Assembly (NCBI GenBank): GCA_016931295.1
Contig: JAFGEZ010000012.1
Span: 6,100-70,099 of the forward strand
Reading direction: 5' to 3'
Length of the DNA: 64,000 nucleotides
Source: Candidatus Krumholzibacteriota bacterium
GTDB taxonomy: Bacteria > Krumholzibacteriota > Krumholzibacteriia > Krumholzibacteriales > Krumholzibacteriaceae
Positions 47,353 to 57,029 of this stretch are shown piece after piece. Position numbers and translations under genes: made by a program. The notes beneath the pieces are model-generated. The model was not told the origin of the DNA. It did not search any database and saw nothing but the letters and a program-made list of their open reading frames with translations. The first letter of the stretch is position 1; each line of letters opens with the position of its first letter.

Positions 47353-48210
47353 TCAGCCGGCGAAGGTCTCCCGGACGTATTCCTCGAGCGCCTCCTGCCA
47401 GGGGCGCGGCTCGGGAACGCCGAGAAGGCGGAAGTTGTAGTTGTCGAGCGCTTCCATGCGCGGCCGCGGGGCGGGCATCGCGAAATCCGCGGCACGGCAG
47501 GGGACGAGACGGCTGTTCCGGATCCCCGCGGCGTCGAGAATGACGCGCGTCTCGTCGAGACGGCTCGCCACACCCGGATTCACCAGGTGGTAGGTCCCGA
47601 AGAGTCCGCTCTCGATGAAGTCGAAGATCGCACGGGCCAGGTCGACGGTATAGGTCGGCGAACCGAAGAGGTCGTCGACGACGCGAAGCTCCTCGCCGGC
47701 ACGCGCCTTCCGGACGATCTTCGCGACGAACTTCTTGTCCTCCGGCCCGCCGCCGAATACCCAGCACGTGTTGAAGATGAAGAAGCGGTCGAGCAGGCTC
47801 CGCACCTCGAGCTCGCCGCGGTGCTTGGAGCGGCCGTAGACGTTGACGGGGGCGGGGTCGTCGTACTCCGTGTACGGCGTCGGCTTGTCGCCGGCGTAGA
47901 TCGATCCCGTGCTCACGTAGACCATGACCGCGCCGCACCGGCGGCACGCGAGGGAGACGTGGCGGGTGCCGAGGGCGTTCGTCCTGTAGGCCTCGTCGGG
48001 GTCGGTTTCGCAGTTGTCGACGTCGGTCATCGCCGCGAGGTGGAGAACGAATCGCGGTTTCGCGCCGCAGATCTCCTCGATGATCGTGTCGAAATCGCGG
48101 ACGTCCGTCTCGCGCAGGTCCCGCGGGTAGACCTCGTAGCGGCCGGAGAAGAGGGAAACGACCGCCCGCCCGAGCATTCCCCGCGCTCCCGTCACGTATA
48201 TCCTGTCCAT
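47353..48210 (-). CDS. rmlD: dTDP-4-dehydrorhamnose reductase
   Basis: IYVTGARGMLG Rossmann motif, YxxxK, typical 285 aa. GAGGAG RBS. Confidence 0.8.
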   Translation of the reverse strand: MDRIYVTGARGMLGRAVVSLFSGRYEVYPRDLRETDVRDFDTIIEEICGAKPRFVLHLAAMTDVDNCETDPDEAYRTNALGTRHVSLACRRCGAVMVYVSTGSIYAGDKPTPYTEYDDPAPVNVYGRSKHRGELEVRSLLDRFFIFNTCWVFGGGPEDKKFVAKIVRKARAGEELRVVDDLFGSPTYTVDLARAIFDFIESGLFGTYHLVNPGVASRLDETRVILDAAGIRNSRLVPCRAADFAMPAPRPRMEALDNYNFRLLGVPEPRPWQEALEEYVRETFAG

Positions 48211-48226
48211 CGATCTCCTCTTTCCG

Positions 48227-48682
48227 TCAACCGTCCCTGCGGTTCCAGTCGTAGGGGATGTCGCCGCCGTGCGGCGGGTAGCGGAACTCGTCCGGTTCCT
48301 CGTAGTCGTACGGCTCGGTGACCGTGTTGATGACGACCGCCTCGGTGTCGCTGATGCACTTGAATCCGTGGCAAACGCCGGGGGGTATCGTCACGCGGAC
48401 GGGATTGAAGACCCCGGCGAAGAATTCGTTTATCTCGCCATGGGTCGCAGAGTCCTCGCGATCGTCGTAGAGGACGATCTTCATCATCCCGCGGACGACG
48501 ACCATGTTGTCCCACTGCTTCCGGTGGAAGTGCCATCCCTTCACCACGCCGGGATAGGCGGTGGTCATGTAGACCTGGCCGAACCGGATGAAATCCTCCT
48601 CGTCGCAACGCACCATTTCCATCAGACGTCCGCGCTCGTCCGGAATGACGCGCAATCGCTTGACCTTGACACCCTCTATCAT
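48227..48682 (-). CDS. rmlC: dTDP-4-dehydrorhamnose 3,5-epimerase (cupin)
   Basis: RmlC motifs (GVVKGWHFHRKQ, DNMVVVRGMMKIVLYDDRE). True start ATG 48682 inside ORF 48227..48817. Confidence 0.75.
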   Translation of the reverse strand: MIEGVKVKRLRVIPDERGRLMEMVRCDEEDFIRFGQVYMTTAYPGVVKGWHFHRKQWDNMVVVRGMMKIVLYDDREDSATHGEINEFFAGVFNPVRVTIPPGVCHGFKCISDTEAVVINTVTEPYDYEEPDEFRYPPHGGDIPYDWNRRDG

Positions 48683-48725
48683 GGGTCCTTCCTTTGTTCG
48701 TGACAACGGGGACGATGCGCCCGCA

Positions 48726-48754
48726 ATACTAGCCGAACGGCCCGATGCTGTCAA
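48726..48754 (-). promoter_or_regulatory. sigma70-like promoter for rmlC-rmlD (TTGACA-17-TAGTAT on the minus strand)
   Basis: Minus strand reads TTGACAgcatcgggccgttcggcTAGTAT. About 45 nt upstream of the rmlC ATG. Confidence 0.5.
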
Positions 48755-48782
48755 CTCGGCGGCCGGCCGGCGGGGAACCCGG

Positions 48783-49832
48783 TCATCCTCTTTCGCCACC
48801 GGCCGCGATGGCGGCAAGGTGCGGTTCGAGGAACCGCGAGAAGACCGAGCGCCACGAGAGGTCGCGGACGGGCGCGGACGGCCGGGTGGGCGAGGCCCGG
48901 AAACGCGCGAAGACGGCGGGCAGGTCGGCGGCGCCCTCGACGCGGGCGAATCCCCGCCCCGATTCGACGATGTCCGGCAAGGCGACGATGGGGGTTGCCG
49001 CGACGGGAAGCCCGCAGGCGGCCGCCTCGATGACCGAGATGGGGCATTCGAGCGCGCCGCGGGGAGCGAGGACGGGGAAAAGGTAGCAATCGGCGAGCTG
49101 GTAGAGCTCGTGCATGTCAGGAAGGTATTCGTCGATCACGATCACCCCGGCGCGGCGGAGCCGTGACGCCCAGCCGGCCTCGGTCCCGCCGGACTTGACG
49201 ACAGGCAGGATATCCGATCCCCAGTCGCGCCATCGCAGGAAGACCTGCAGGTTGCGGCTCTCCTTCACATGCCCGACATGCAGGACGATCCACCGGTCGG
49301 CCGGCAGGTCGTACTTGCGGCGAAGCGCCGCCTTGCGCGCCGGCTCGACGGGGACGAAAACCGCGTCGTCGCACCCGGGCAGGACGACGTCGTTCGGCAC
49401 GCCGATCCCGTCGAGGGCGCTCCGCAGGCCGGGAACCGGCGTGAAGACCTTTTCAGGCCGGGCGAAACGGGAGATCGTCGCGTGCAGGGCCCCGATACGA
49501 CGGTCCTGGAGGGCGAAGACGAACAGGGGCGAGCCGGCGGCGGCTCGGAGGAGGAGCCCCCGGATCAAACCGGGCGGCGTGAGCCCGGACGACGGAAGGT
49601 AGAGGACGAGATCGAATCGCTCCTGGCGCAGGATTTGAACGAGGCCCCGGGAGAGGAACGTCCGCCGCGAGAGGAGGCGGAGCGAGCGGAACCCGTCTTC
49701 CGACTCGCCCAGGGCGTGCACGACGGTCAAATCGTGCCGCGCGGCGAGCCAGCGGCAGAGGTGCCTCGTGAAGACGAGCGATCCCTCCTCGGGAGTCGCG
49801 GTGATTTCTTCGCTTGCGAGCAGGATCCTCAT
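48783..49832 (-). CDS. GT1 family glycosyltransferase
   Basis: GT-B C-terminal motif (ECPISVIEAAACGLPVAATP). Divergent from the aminotransferase gene. Confidence 0.7.
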   Translation of the reverse strand: MRILLASEEITATPEEGSLVFTRHLCRWLAARHDLTVVHALGESEDGFRSLRLLSRRTFLSRGLVQILRQERFDLVLYLPSSGLTPPGLIRGLLLRAAAGSPLFVFALQDRRIGALHATISRFARPEKVFTPVPGLRSALDGIGVPNDVVLPGCDDAVFVPVEPARKAALRRKYDLPADRWIVLHVGHVKESRNLQVFLRWRDWGSDILPVVKSGGTEAGWASRLRRAGVIVIDEYLPDMHELYQLADCYLFPVLAPRGALECPISVIEAAACGLPVAATPIVALPDIVESGRGFARVEGAADLPAVFARFRASPTRPSAPVRDLSWRSVFSRFLEPHLAAIAAGGERG

Positions 49833-49977
49833 GAGCTTTCGATCCCCGCCTGGTCGTTGCCCGACGGCAGACTATCCCGTATGTCGAACCGAATACAACG
49901 AAAAAAGACCTCTGGTCGAGGCGGAAGCGCCGTTCGGGCCCGCCGGAAAAAGGGGGATAGCGCCTATAGTGCAAATA

Positions 49978-49986
49978 TGTTATAAT
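49978..49986 (+). promoter_or_regulatory. extended -10 promoter element (TGtTATAAT) upstream of the DegT-family gene
   Basis: atatgTtataat with TG at -15/-14, about 40 nt upstream of ATG 50028. Weak -35. Confidence 0.4.
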
Positions 49987-50027
49987 CGTTGGGATTGAGT
50001 CAGGGGTCAACATCGGGAGCTTGCTGT

Positions 50028-51125
50028 ATGAAGAATATTCCGTTTTTCAGCCTTGCGGAACAGACCCGCGGGATCCGGAGTGAGGTCGACGCGGCGATCG
50101 CCGGGGTCGTCGACAACACGGCGTTCGTTCTCGGACCGACGCTCGAGCAATTCGAGAAGGATTTCGCCGCGTATTGCGGCACGACGCACTGCGCGGGGGC
50201 GAGTTGCGGGACGACCGCGCTCCAGCTGGCGCTTCTCGCCGCCGGGATCGGTCCCGGCGACGAGGTGATCACCGTCGCGAACACCTTCATCGCGACCGTC
50301 GAGGCGATTGCGATGATCGGAGCGAAACCGGTCATCGTCGACGTTCTCGAGAGCACGGCCCTCATCGATCCGGCGCTGATCGAGTCGGCTCTCACGCCGA
50401 AGACGAAGGCGATCATACCGGTGCATCTCTTCGGGCAGACATGCGACATGGATGCGATCATGTCGATCGCCGAAGGGAAGGGGATCGTCGTCATCGAGGA
50501 CTCGTGCCAGGCGCACGGGGCCATGTACCGCGGGCGAAGGGCGGGCTCGCTCGGCCATGCGGGCGCCTTCTCCTTCTATCCGAGCAAGAATCTCGGGGCC
50601 TTCGGCGAGGGCGGAGCGATCACGACGAGCGACGAGCGCATCGTCTCCCGCGTGAAGGGGCTGCGGCATCACGGACAGTTCCGGAAGAACGAGCACGCCG
50701 AGCTGGGATACAACTACCGGTTGCATTCGCTGCAGGCCGCGATCCTCGGCGTCAAGCTCGCTCATCTCGACGAATGGAACGGCAAGCGGCGCGAGCTCGC
50801 CGCCAGGTACCGGGCGGCCCTCGGCGAGGCCGGTTTCTGGATGCCGGAGGAAGCCGACGGCTGCACGCCGGTCTATCACCTGTTCCCGATAGCGCGCGAG
50901 GACAGGGATGCGATCGGTCGGGCGCTGACCGACGAGGGCATCGGGTGGGGACAGCATTATCCGGTGCCGGTGCATCTGCAGCCGGCATTCCATCATCTGG
51001 GTTACGGGGAGAGGGACTTCCCCGTCTCGGAGCGATTGATGAGGACGAGTCTCACGCTGCCGATGTTCCCGGAATTGACGGGGGAAGAGGTCGACCGGGT
51101 CTGCGAGGTGCTCGTCAAGCTCTGA
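50028..51125 (+). CDS. DegT/DnrJ/EryC1/StrS family PLP-dependent sugar aminotransferase (WbpE/ArnB-like)
   Basis: PLP-lysine motif SFYPSKNLGAFGEGGA. Start ATG 50028 (MKNIPFF). Confidence 0.85.
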   Translation: MKNIPFFSLAEQTRGIRSEVDAAIAGVVDNTAFVLGPTLEQFEKDFAAYCGTTHCAGASCGTTALQLALLAAGIGPGDEVITVANTFIATVEAIAMIGAKPVIVDVLESTALIDPALIESALTPKTKAIIPVHLFGQTCDMDAIMSIAEGKGIVVIEDSCQAHGAMYRGRRAGSLGHAGAFSFYPSKNLGAFGEGGAITTSDERIVSRVKGLRHHGQFRKNEHAELGYNYRLHSLQAAILGVKLAHLDEWNGKRRELAARYRAALGEAGFWMPEEADGCTPVYHLFPIAREDRDAIGRALTDEGIGWGQHYPVPVHLQPAFHHLGYGERDFPVSERLMRTSLTLPMFPELTGEEVDRVCEVLVKL

Positions 51126-51217
51126 CGTCGCCGGCCGGGTCACGAACGAGGAGGGGGATACAGGTAAACGGTTAACGGCATAAGCAGAAGAGGGTCCTCG
51201 AGGCGGGAAGTGAAGCG

Positions 51218-51955
51218 ATGAGGAAGTTATCACTCGCCCTGGACAACAGCGACAAGGTTCGGCAGCGCACGGGAACCTTCGCGGGAGACGACCGTCTGAG
51301 CGTTCGCGAACGAAGCGCGTTGGAACGTTTCGTCAAGCGTATGCTCGATTTCGTTGCATCGGCGGTCCTTCTCGTCGTTGGATTTCCGTTCTTTCTCGCC
51401 ATCGCCCTGCTGATCAGGCTGACGTCGAGCGGCCCCGTGTTCTTCAGGCAAAAACGGATAGGGGAGCATGGGGAGGAGTTTACCCTTTTCAAATTCCGCA
51501 CGATGCGCACGGATTGCGATGACGCCTCTCATCGCGAATTCGCGCGCGATTTCATTCTCGGCCGGATGGACGATTCTCCCCTTGACGGTAGCGAAACCTC
51601 GGTTTATAAAATCACGAACGACCCACGGGTCACCGCGATCGGATCGTTCCTGCGGAAGACGAGTCTCGACGAACTGCCGCAGTTCATAAACATCCTGAGA
51701 GGAGAGATGTCGATCGTCGGGCCGAGACCGCCGCTGGCATACGAATACGACTGCTACGAGGATTGGCACAAGTTGCGACTGGCGGTGAGGCCGGGGCTGA
51801 CCGGCCTGTGGCAGGTGAGCGGGCGGAGCACGGTCCCGTTCCACGAGATGGTGATGCTCGATCTGTACTATATCGAGAACTGGACGTTGCTCCTCGATCT
51901 CAAGATCATGCTGCGTACCGTGCCGGTCATGCTGACCGGGGCGGGGGGATTCTAA
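51218..51955 (+). CDS. bacterial sugar transferase (second PglC-like priming phosphoglycosyltransferase)
   Basis: [32 protein letters not shown]. One N-terminal TM helix. Confidence 0.85.
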   Translation: MRKLSLALDNSDKVRQRTGTFAGDDRLSVRERSALERFVKRMLDFVASAVLLVVGFPFFLAIALLIRLTSSGPVFFRQKRIGEHGEEFTLFKFRTMRTDCDDASHREFARDFILGRMDDSPLDGSETSVYKITNDPRVTAIGSFLRKTSLDELPQFINILRGEMSIVGPRPPLAYEYDCYEDWHKLRLAVRPGLTGLWQVSGRSTVPFHEMVMLDLYYIENWTLLLDLKIMLRTVPVMLTGAGGF

Positions 51956-51970
51956 CCGGTTGGAGGAACA

Positions 51971-52999
51971 GTGCTCACAGTAGGTGTAATCGGCTGCGGA
52001 TACTGGGGTCCGAACCTCATCAGGAACTTCAACGCTCTCGCCGACAGCACGGTCAGGACCTGCGCCGATCTGGACGAGAATCGCCTCGCCCACATGAAGC
52101 AGCTCTATCCGTCGATCGGAACCACGACGGATTACCGGGAGATCATCGCCGATCCGGAGATCGACGCGGTCGTCATCGCGACGCCCGTATCGTCGCACTA
52201 TCCGATCGCCGTCGAGGCGATCGAGGCGGGCAAGCACGTCTTCGTGGAGAAACCGCTCGTGAAGTCGATCGAGGAGGGCGAGAAGCTCGTGCGCCTCGCC
52301 GCCGAGAAGAAGCGATTCCTCATGGTCGGGCACACCTTCGTCTTCACGTCCGCCGTCAACAAGATCAAGGATTTGATAAAGTCCGGCGAACTGGGAGACA
52401 TCTACTACATCCAGACGACCCGCGTGAACCTCGGTCTGTTCCAGGAGGACATCAACGTCGTCTGGGACCTGGCCCCGCACGACGTCTCCATCTTCAACTA
52501 CATCCTCGATTCGCGGCCCATCTCCGTCTCGGCGACGGGGCATTCGTACATCCAGCCGTCGATCCAGGACGTGGCCTTCGTCAACATACGGTACCCCGGG
52601 CAGGTGCTCGCCAACATCGAGGTGTCGTGGCTCAATCCCAACAAGATCCGGAAGACGACGGTCGTCGGATCGAAGAAGATGCTCGTCTACGACGACATCT
52701 CCCAGCTCGAGAAGATCAGGATCTACGACAAGGGCGTCACGGTCACGCCGCACTACGATTCCTTCGGCGAGTTCCAGCTCTCCTACCGCTACGGCGACAT
52801 CCGGATACCGAAGCTCAACGGGGCCGAGCCGCTCAAGATGGAGTGCCAGCACTTCGTCGATTGCGTCGAGGGCCGGGCGGAACCGATCAGCAGCGGCGTC
52901 AACGGGCTGGAAGTCCTTCTCGCGCTCAACGCCGCCGACCGGTCGATGGCCGCGCGCGGGGCGGAGTTCGAGATCGCCTACCCGAAGCTGGAAGGATGA
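51971..52999 (+). CDS. Gfo/Idh/MocA family NAD-dependent sugar-nucleotide dehydrogenase (WbpB-like)
   Basis: GTG start. Rossmann motif VGVIGCGYWGPN. EKP motif HVFVEKPL. Confidence 0.8.
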   Translation: MLTVGVIGCGYWGPNLIRNFNALADSTVRTCADLDENRLAHMKQLYPSIGTTTDYREIIADPEIDAVVIATPVSSHYPIAVEAIEAGKHVFVEKPLVKSIEEGEKLVRLAAEKKRFLMVGHTFVFTSAVNKIKDLIKSGELGDIYYIQTTRVNLGLFQEDINVVWDLAPHDVSIFNYILDSRPISVSATGHSYIQPSIQDVAFVNIRYPGQVLANIEVSWLNPNKIRKTTVVGSKKMLVYDDISQLEKIRIYDKGVTVTPHYDSFGEFQLSYRYGDIRIPKLNGAEPLKMECQHFVDCVEGRAEPISSGVNGLEVLLALNAADRSMAARGAEFEIAYPKLEG

Positions 53000-53002
53000 T
53001 CC

Positions 53003-53641
53003 ATGGAGAACGCGCATGAATCCCGGCGCCTGGGACTGGTGCGTCTCGGGTCGGACGCCAGCATCGACCCGGCGGCGATCGTCGGTTATCTCTCCCCGCG
53101 GCGGGGCGTGAGCGAGGAACTCGTCATCGGCGCGAACGCGCGCATCCGGAGCGGAACGGTCGTCTACGCGGGCTCCACGATCGGCGCCGGGCTGGAAACG
53201 GGCCACAACGTCGTCATCAGGGAACAGAACGAGATCGGTGACGCCTTCAACATCTGGAACAACTCGGTCGTCGACTACGGGTGCCGCATCGGCTCGAACG
53301 TCAAGATACACTGCAATATCTACGTCGCGCAGTTCACCGTCATCGAGGACGGCGTATTCATGGCGCCCGGCGTGACGATCGCGAACGACATCCATCCCGG
53401 CTGCCCCGGATCGGGCGAGTGCATGAGGGGGCCGGTGCTGAAGCGCGGCTGCCGCATCGGCGTGAACGTGACGATCGTCCCCTACGTGACGATCGGAGAG
53501 GGGACGCTGGTGGGCAGCGGGTCCGTCGTGACGAAGGATCTGCCGCCCGGCGTCCTCGCCTACGGGAATCCCGCGCGCGTCCACGCGAAACTCGAGGATC
53601 TCCGCTGCAAGCAGGGAAGGCGGGAAGGACCCTATATCTGA
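53003..53641 (+). CDS. left-handed beta-helix (hexapeptide) acetyltransferase (WbpD-like)
   Basis: Repeated hexapeptide units. 212 aa. 4 nt after the dehydrogenase gene. Confidence 0.75.
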   Translation: MENAHESRRLGLVRLGSDASIDPAAIVGYLSPRRGVSEELVIGANARIRSGTVVYAGSTIGAGLETGHNVVIREQNEIGDAFNIWNNSVVDYGCRIGSNVKIHCNIYVAQFTVIEDGVFMAPGVTIANDIHPGCPGSGECMRGPVLKRGCRIGVNVTIVPYVTIGEGTLVGSGSVVTKDLPPGVLAYGNPARVHAKLEDLRCKQGRREGPYI

Positions 53642-53649
53642 GGACGAAG

Positions 53650-54804
53650 ATGCATCCGTCCGACGGTGGCAGAACGGTATTCTTCCTGTCATCCACCCTC
53701 GTCACCGGGGGAGCCGAGCGGATCGTGGCGGCCCTGGCGACGAAACTGCCGGCGCGGGGATTCCGGACGGTCTCGCTCTGCCTCCGCGAGCGGGGGCCCG
53801 TCGGGGAATCGATCGCCCGGGCGGGGATCGAGACCCGCGACCGCCTCGCAAGCTGCCGGTACGATCCACTGTCGCCGGTCCGCGTCGCGAAACGCCTGCG
53901 AAAGGACCGGCACGGGATACTCTACGCGCTCGACCATCACGACGCACTGCTCTGCGGCGCGGCGGCCGGGCTCCTCGCGGGGCTCCGGCATCGCGTCATG
54001 CCCCTGCACTCGACCGGGTTGTGGGGCAGGAAGGGCTCGCTGAACCTGAGCGACCGCCTGGCGCTTCCCTTCTACGAGCGGGTGGTGGCGCTGGCCGGGA
54101 CCCATGCGGCATGGATCGCAGAACGGGAGGGCGTCGATCCCCGGCGGATCGCCGTCGTCAACAACGGCGTCGACACCGGACGCTTCCATCCGGCGGAGCC
54201 GGGGGAGCGAAACAGGACGCGCCGCGAGCTCGGGATCGACGCGGACGCATTCGTCATCGTCGTCGTCGCGAAGCTCAGGCCCGAGAAGAACCACGCCATG
54301 CTGCTCGACGTCGTCGCCGGGTTGCGTGGCCTGATCCCCGGGCTCATCCTTCTCGTCGCCGGGTCGGGCAAGGAGGAGGCGCGGCTCCGCGCGCGGGCCG
54401 ATGCCGCAGGACTCGGGGCGGCGGTGCGTTTCCTCGGGCTCAGGGAGGACGTGCCGCGCATCCTCCGGGCGTCGGACGTCTCCGTGCTGCCGTCGCACCC
54501 GGTCGTCGAGACCTTTCCGCTCTCGGTCCTCGAATCGATGGCCTCGGGCCTTCCGGTGGTCGCGACGCGGGTCGGATCGATCGCGGAGATGGTCGAGGAC
54601 GGCGAGGAGGGATTCCTCGTCGATCCGGGCGACGAGGCGGGGCTTCGCGGCGCGATCGCCCGCCTCGCGGACGGGGACCTGCGAACGGTGATCGGCATCC
54701 GGGCGCGCGAACGGGCCGTTTCCCGTTTCTCGGAAGAACGCATGATCGATGAGTACGCCCGGCTGTTCGGCCGCCTGGTCGCCGGGGAAAGGAGCCGACG
54801 ATGA
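53650..54804 (+). CDS. GT1 (GT4) glycosyltransferase
   Basis: GT4 motifs (ETFPLSVLESMASGLPVVATRVGSIAEMVEDGEEGFLV). True start ATG 53650 inside ORF 53281..54804. Confidence 0.75.
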   Translation: MHPSDGGRTVFFLSSTLVTGGAERIVAALATKLPARGFRTVSLCLRERGPVGESIARAGIETRDRLASCRYDPLSPVRVAKRLRKDRHGILYALDHHDALLCGAAAGLLAGLRHRVMPLHSTGLWGRKGSLNLSDRLALPFYERVVALAGTHAAWIAEREGVDPRRIAVVNNGVDTGRFHPAEPGERNRTRRELGIDADAFVIVVVAKLRPEKNHAMLLDVVAGLRGLIPGLILLVAGSGKEEARLRARADAAGLGAAVRFLGLREDVPRILRASDVSVLPSHPVVETFPLSVLESMASGLPVVATRVGSIAEMVEDGEEGFLVDPGDEAGLRGAIARLADGDLRTVIGIRARERAVSRFSEERMIDEYARLFGRLVAGERSRR

Positions 54805-55802
54805 CCCTCCCGGTCGATGCCGTCGTTGCGGTCACCTACCGCTGCGACTCCCATTGCAACATGTGCAATATCTGGCAGCTGCCGCCGGGGCCGGAACTCG
54901 AACCGGCGATGTTCGGGCGATTGCCCCGCACGCTCCGGGATGTCAACATCACGGGCGGGGAGCCGTTTCTCCGCGATGACATCGTCGATATCGTCCGCGT
55001 CGTCGACGAGCGGTGCCGCGGCCCTCGGATCGTGATCTCGACGAACGGCTTCCAGAAACGGCGCATCCTGCACGCCGCGCCCGCCCTGATGAGTATCGGC
55101 CGCAACGTCGGCATCGCCGTCTCGCTCGACGGGATCGGTGAAACGCACGACGAGATACGAGGCGTCGAGGGGGGGTTCGAGAAGGTCGTCGAGACGCTGA
55201 CGGGACTCAGGACGATCGGCTACCGAAACGTGCGCGTCGCGTTCACGGCGCAGCGGGGAAACGTCGAGCATCTCGGCGCCGTGTACGACCTGTCGCGGCA
55301 GTTCGGCTACCAGTTCACCGCGTCGGTCGCGCAGAATTCCGAATTCTACTTCTCGACCGACGAGAACCAGCGCGTCGAGCCGGGATCGCTCGAATCGGAA
55401 CTCAGGTACGTCATGCGGAAGGAATTGCTCTCCCTCAGCCCGAAACGCTGGTTGCGGGCGTATTTCTACGCGGGGGTCGAGCGGTTCAACGTGAAGAGGG
55501 AGCGGCTGCTCGGTTGCCTCGCCGGGAGGGAATCGGTCTTCGTCGATCCCGAGGGAAAGGTCTATCCGTGCCTGACCCTGAACCGGGAGATGGGAAATCT
55601 CGCCGAACGGGACTTCGAGGAGATCTGGGAGAGCGACAGCGCTCGCGAGGCGAGGGCGGCGGTCGATTCCTGCCGCCTGCCGTGCTGGATGATCTGTACG
55701 GCGCGCACCTCGATGCGGCGGACACCCCTGCGCCCGATCGGCTGGATACTCGCCTCGTGGGGGAGGATCGCCACGGGGCGTTTCCCCCGCGAATCGGCCT
55801 GA
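54801..55802 (+). CDS. radical SAM protein with C-terminal SPASM/twitch-like Cys cluster
   Basis: CDSHCNMC (CxxxCxxC) near the N-terminus. GGEPFL SAM-binding motif. C-terminal CRLPCWMIC. ATGA overlap with the upstream GT1. Confidence 0.75.
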   Translation: MTLPVDAVVAVTYRCDSHCNMCNIWQLPPGPELEPAMFGRLPRTLRDVNITGGEPFLRDDIVDIVRVVDERCRGPRIVISTNGFQKRRILHAAPALMSIGRNVGIAVSLDGIGETHDEIRGVEGGFEKVVETLTGLRTIGYRNVRVAFTAQRGNVEHLGAVYDLSRQFGYQFTASVAQNSEFYFSTDENQRVEPGSLESELRYVMRKELLSLSPKRWLRAYFYAGVERFNVKRERLLGCLAGRESVFVDPEGKVYPCLTLNREMGNLAERDFEEIWESDSAREARAAVDSCRLPCWMICTARTSMRRTPLRPIGWILASWGRIATGRFPRESA

Positions 55803-55809
55803 AGAAGCC

Positions 55810-56928
55810 ATGAACAACCGCGCACGTCTGTCGATAGCGATGATCGGGGCGAAGGGGCTCCCGGCCCTCTTCGGCGGGATCGAACGCCACGTGGAGGAGA
55901 TCGGCCTGCGGCTCGCCGACCGGGGGCACCGCGTCGTCGTGTTCGGCAGGCGTCCGTTCGGCGCGGTCGACGGGCATCGCGGCATGGAGCTCCGCGTTCT
56001 TCCGTCGATCCCCACGAAGAATCTGGAGACGGCAACGAACGCGTTCGCGGCGAGCCTGGCCGCGGCCGTCGGTCCCTATGACATCGTGCACTACCACGGG
56101 ATCGGCCCGTCACTCTTCTGCCCGATACCCCGGATCGCGGGCCGGCGGACCGTGGCGACGATCCATGCCCTCGATTACCGCCAGTCGAAGTGGGGCAGGG
56201 CTGCGAAATTCCTGCTACGGCGGGGCGAAGCGGTCGCCGCGACGCGGGCGGACGCGGTGATCGCCGTCTCGCGGATCATTGCGCAACTCGTCCGGGACCG
56301 GTACAAACGGACCGCGGATTACGTTCCAAACGGGACCACCCTCAGGGAAACCCCGCCGTTTCGCGAGGCGGCCGCGATGAGGATCGAGCCCGGGCGCTAC
56401 ATCCTGAGCGTGGGGCGCTTCATCGTCGAGCGGGGCTTCCATACGCTCATCGAGGCATTCTCGGCCGTCGAGACAGACTGCCGCCTCGTCATCGTCGGCG
56501 ACGAGCGCTTCGAGAGGCGCTACGCCGCGCGCCTGCGGGCATGCGCAGACGACCGCGTACTCTTTCCCGGTTTCATCTCGGGCCCGCTCCTCGACGAGCT
56601 CTACGGCCATTGCGCCCTCTACGTGCTCCCGTCCCTCGTCGAGGGATTGCCGATATCCCTGATCGAGGCGATGGGCTATTCCCGTCCCCTTCTCGCGAGC
56701 GACATTCCGGAGAACGTCGAGGTCGCCGGCGGGATCGCCGCCTTTTTCCGCCGGGGGGACGCGACCGACCTCGCGCGGGCCCTCGGGGAACTCCTCGCGA
56801 TGCCCGTGGACGAGCGGCTGGCGACGGGCGCGTCAGGGCGATCGCGCGTCGCCGAGCGCTACGACTGGGACCGTATCGCCGATCAGATCGAGGAGATCTA
56901 TTATCGCGTCGCACAGCCCTCCTCCTGA
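55810..56928 (+). CDS. GT1 (GT4) glycosyltransferase
   Basis: LYVLPSLVEGLPISLIEAMGYSRPLLASD GT4 motif. Confidence 0.75.
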   Translation: MNNRARLSIAMIGAKGLPALFGGIERHVEEIGLRLADRGHRVVVFGRRPFGAVDGHRGMELRVLPSIPTKNLETATNAFAASLAAAVGPYDIVHYHGIGPSLFCPIPRIAGRRTVATIHALDYRQSKWGRAAKFLLRRGEAVAATRADAVIAVSRIIAQLVRDRYKRTADYVPNGTTLRETPPFREAAAMRIEPGRYILSVGRFIVERGFHTLIEAFSAVETDCRLVIVGDERFERRYAARLRACADDRVLFPGFISGPLLDELYGHCALYVLPSLVEGLPISLIEAMGYSRPLLASDIPENVEVAGGIAAFFRRGDATDLARALGELLAMPVDERLATGASGRSRVAERYDWDRIADQIEEIYYRVAQPSS

Positions 56929-57029
56929 GGCGACCGGCCGCCGCCCGGGGCAATTTTCGTTGACACTTGGCCGCTCCATCTGATAGGTAGACCGTGTCGG
57001 TACGCGTTTTGCAGGCGGGAGGCGATACG

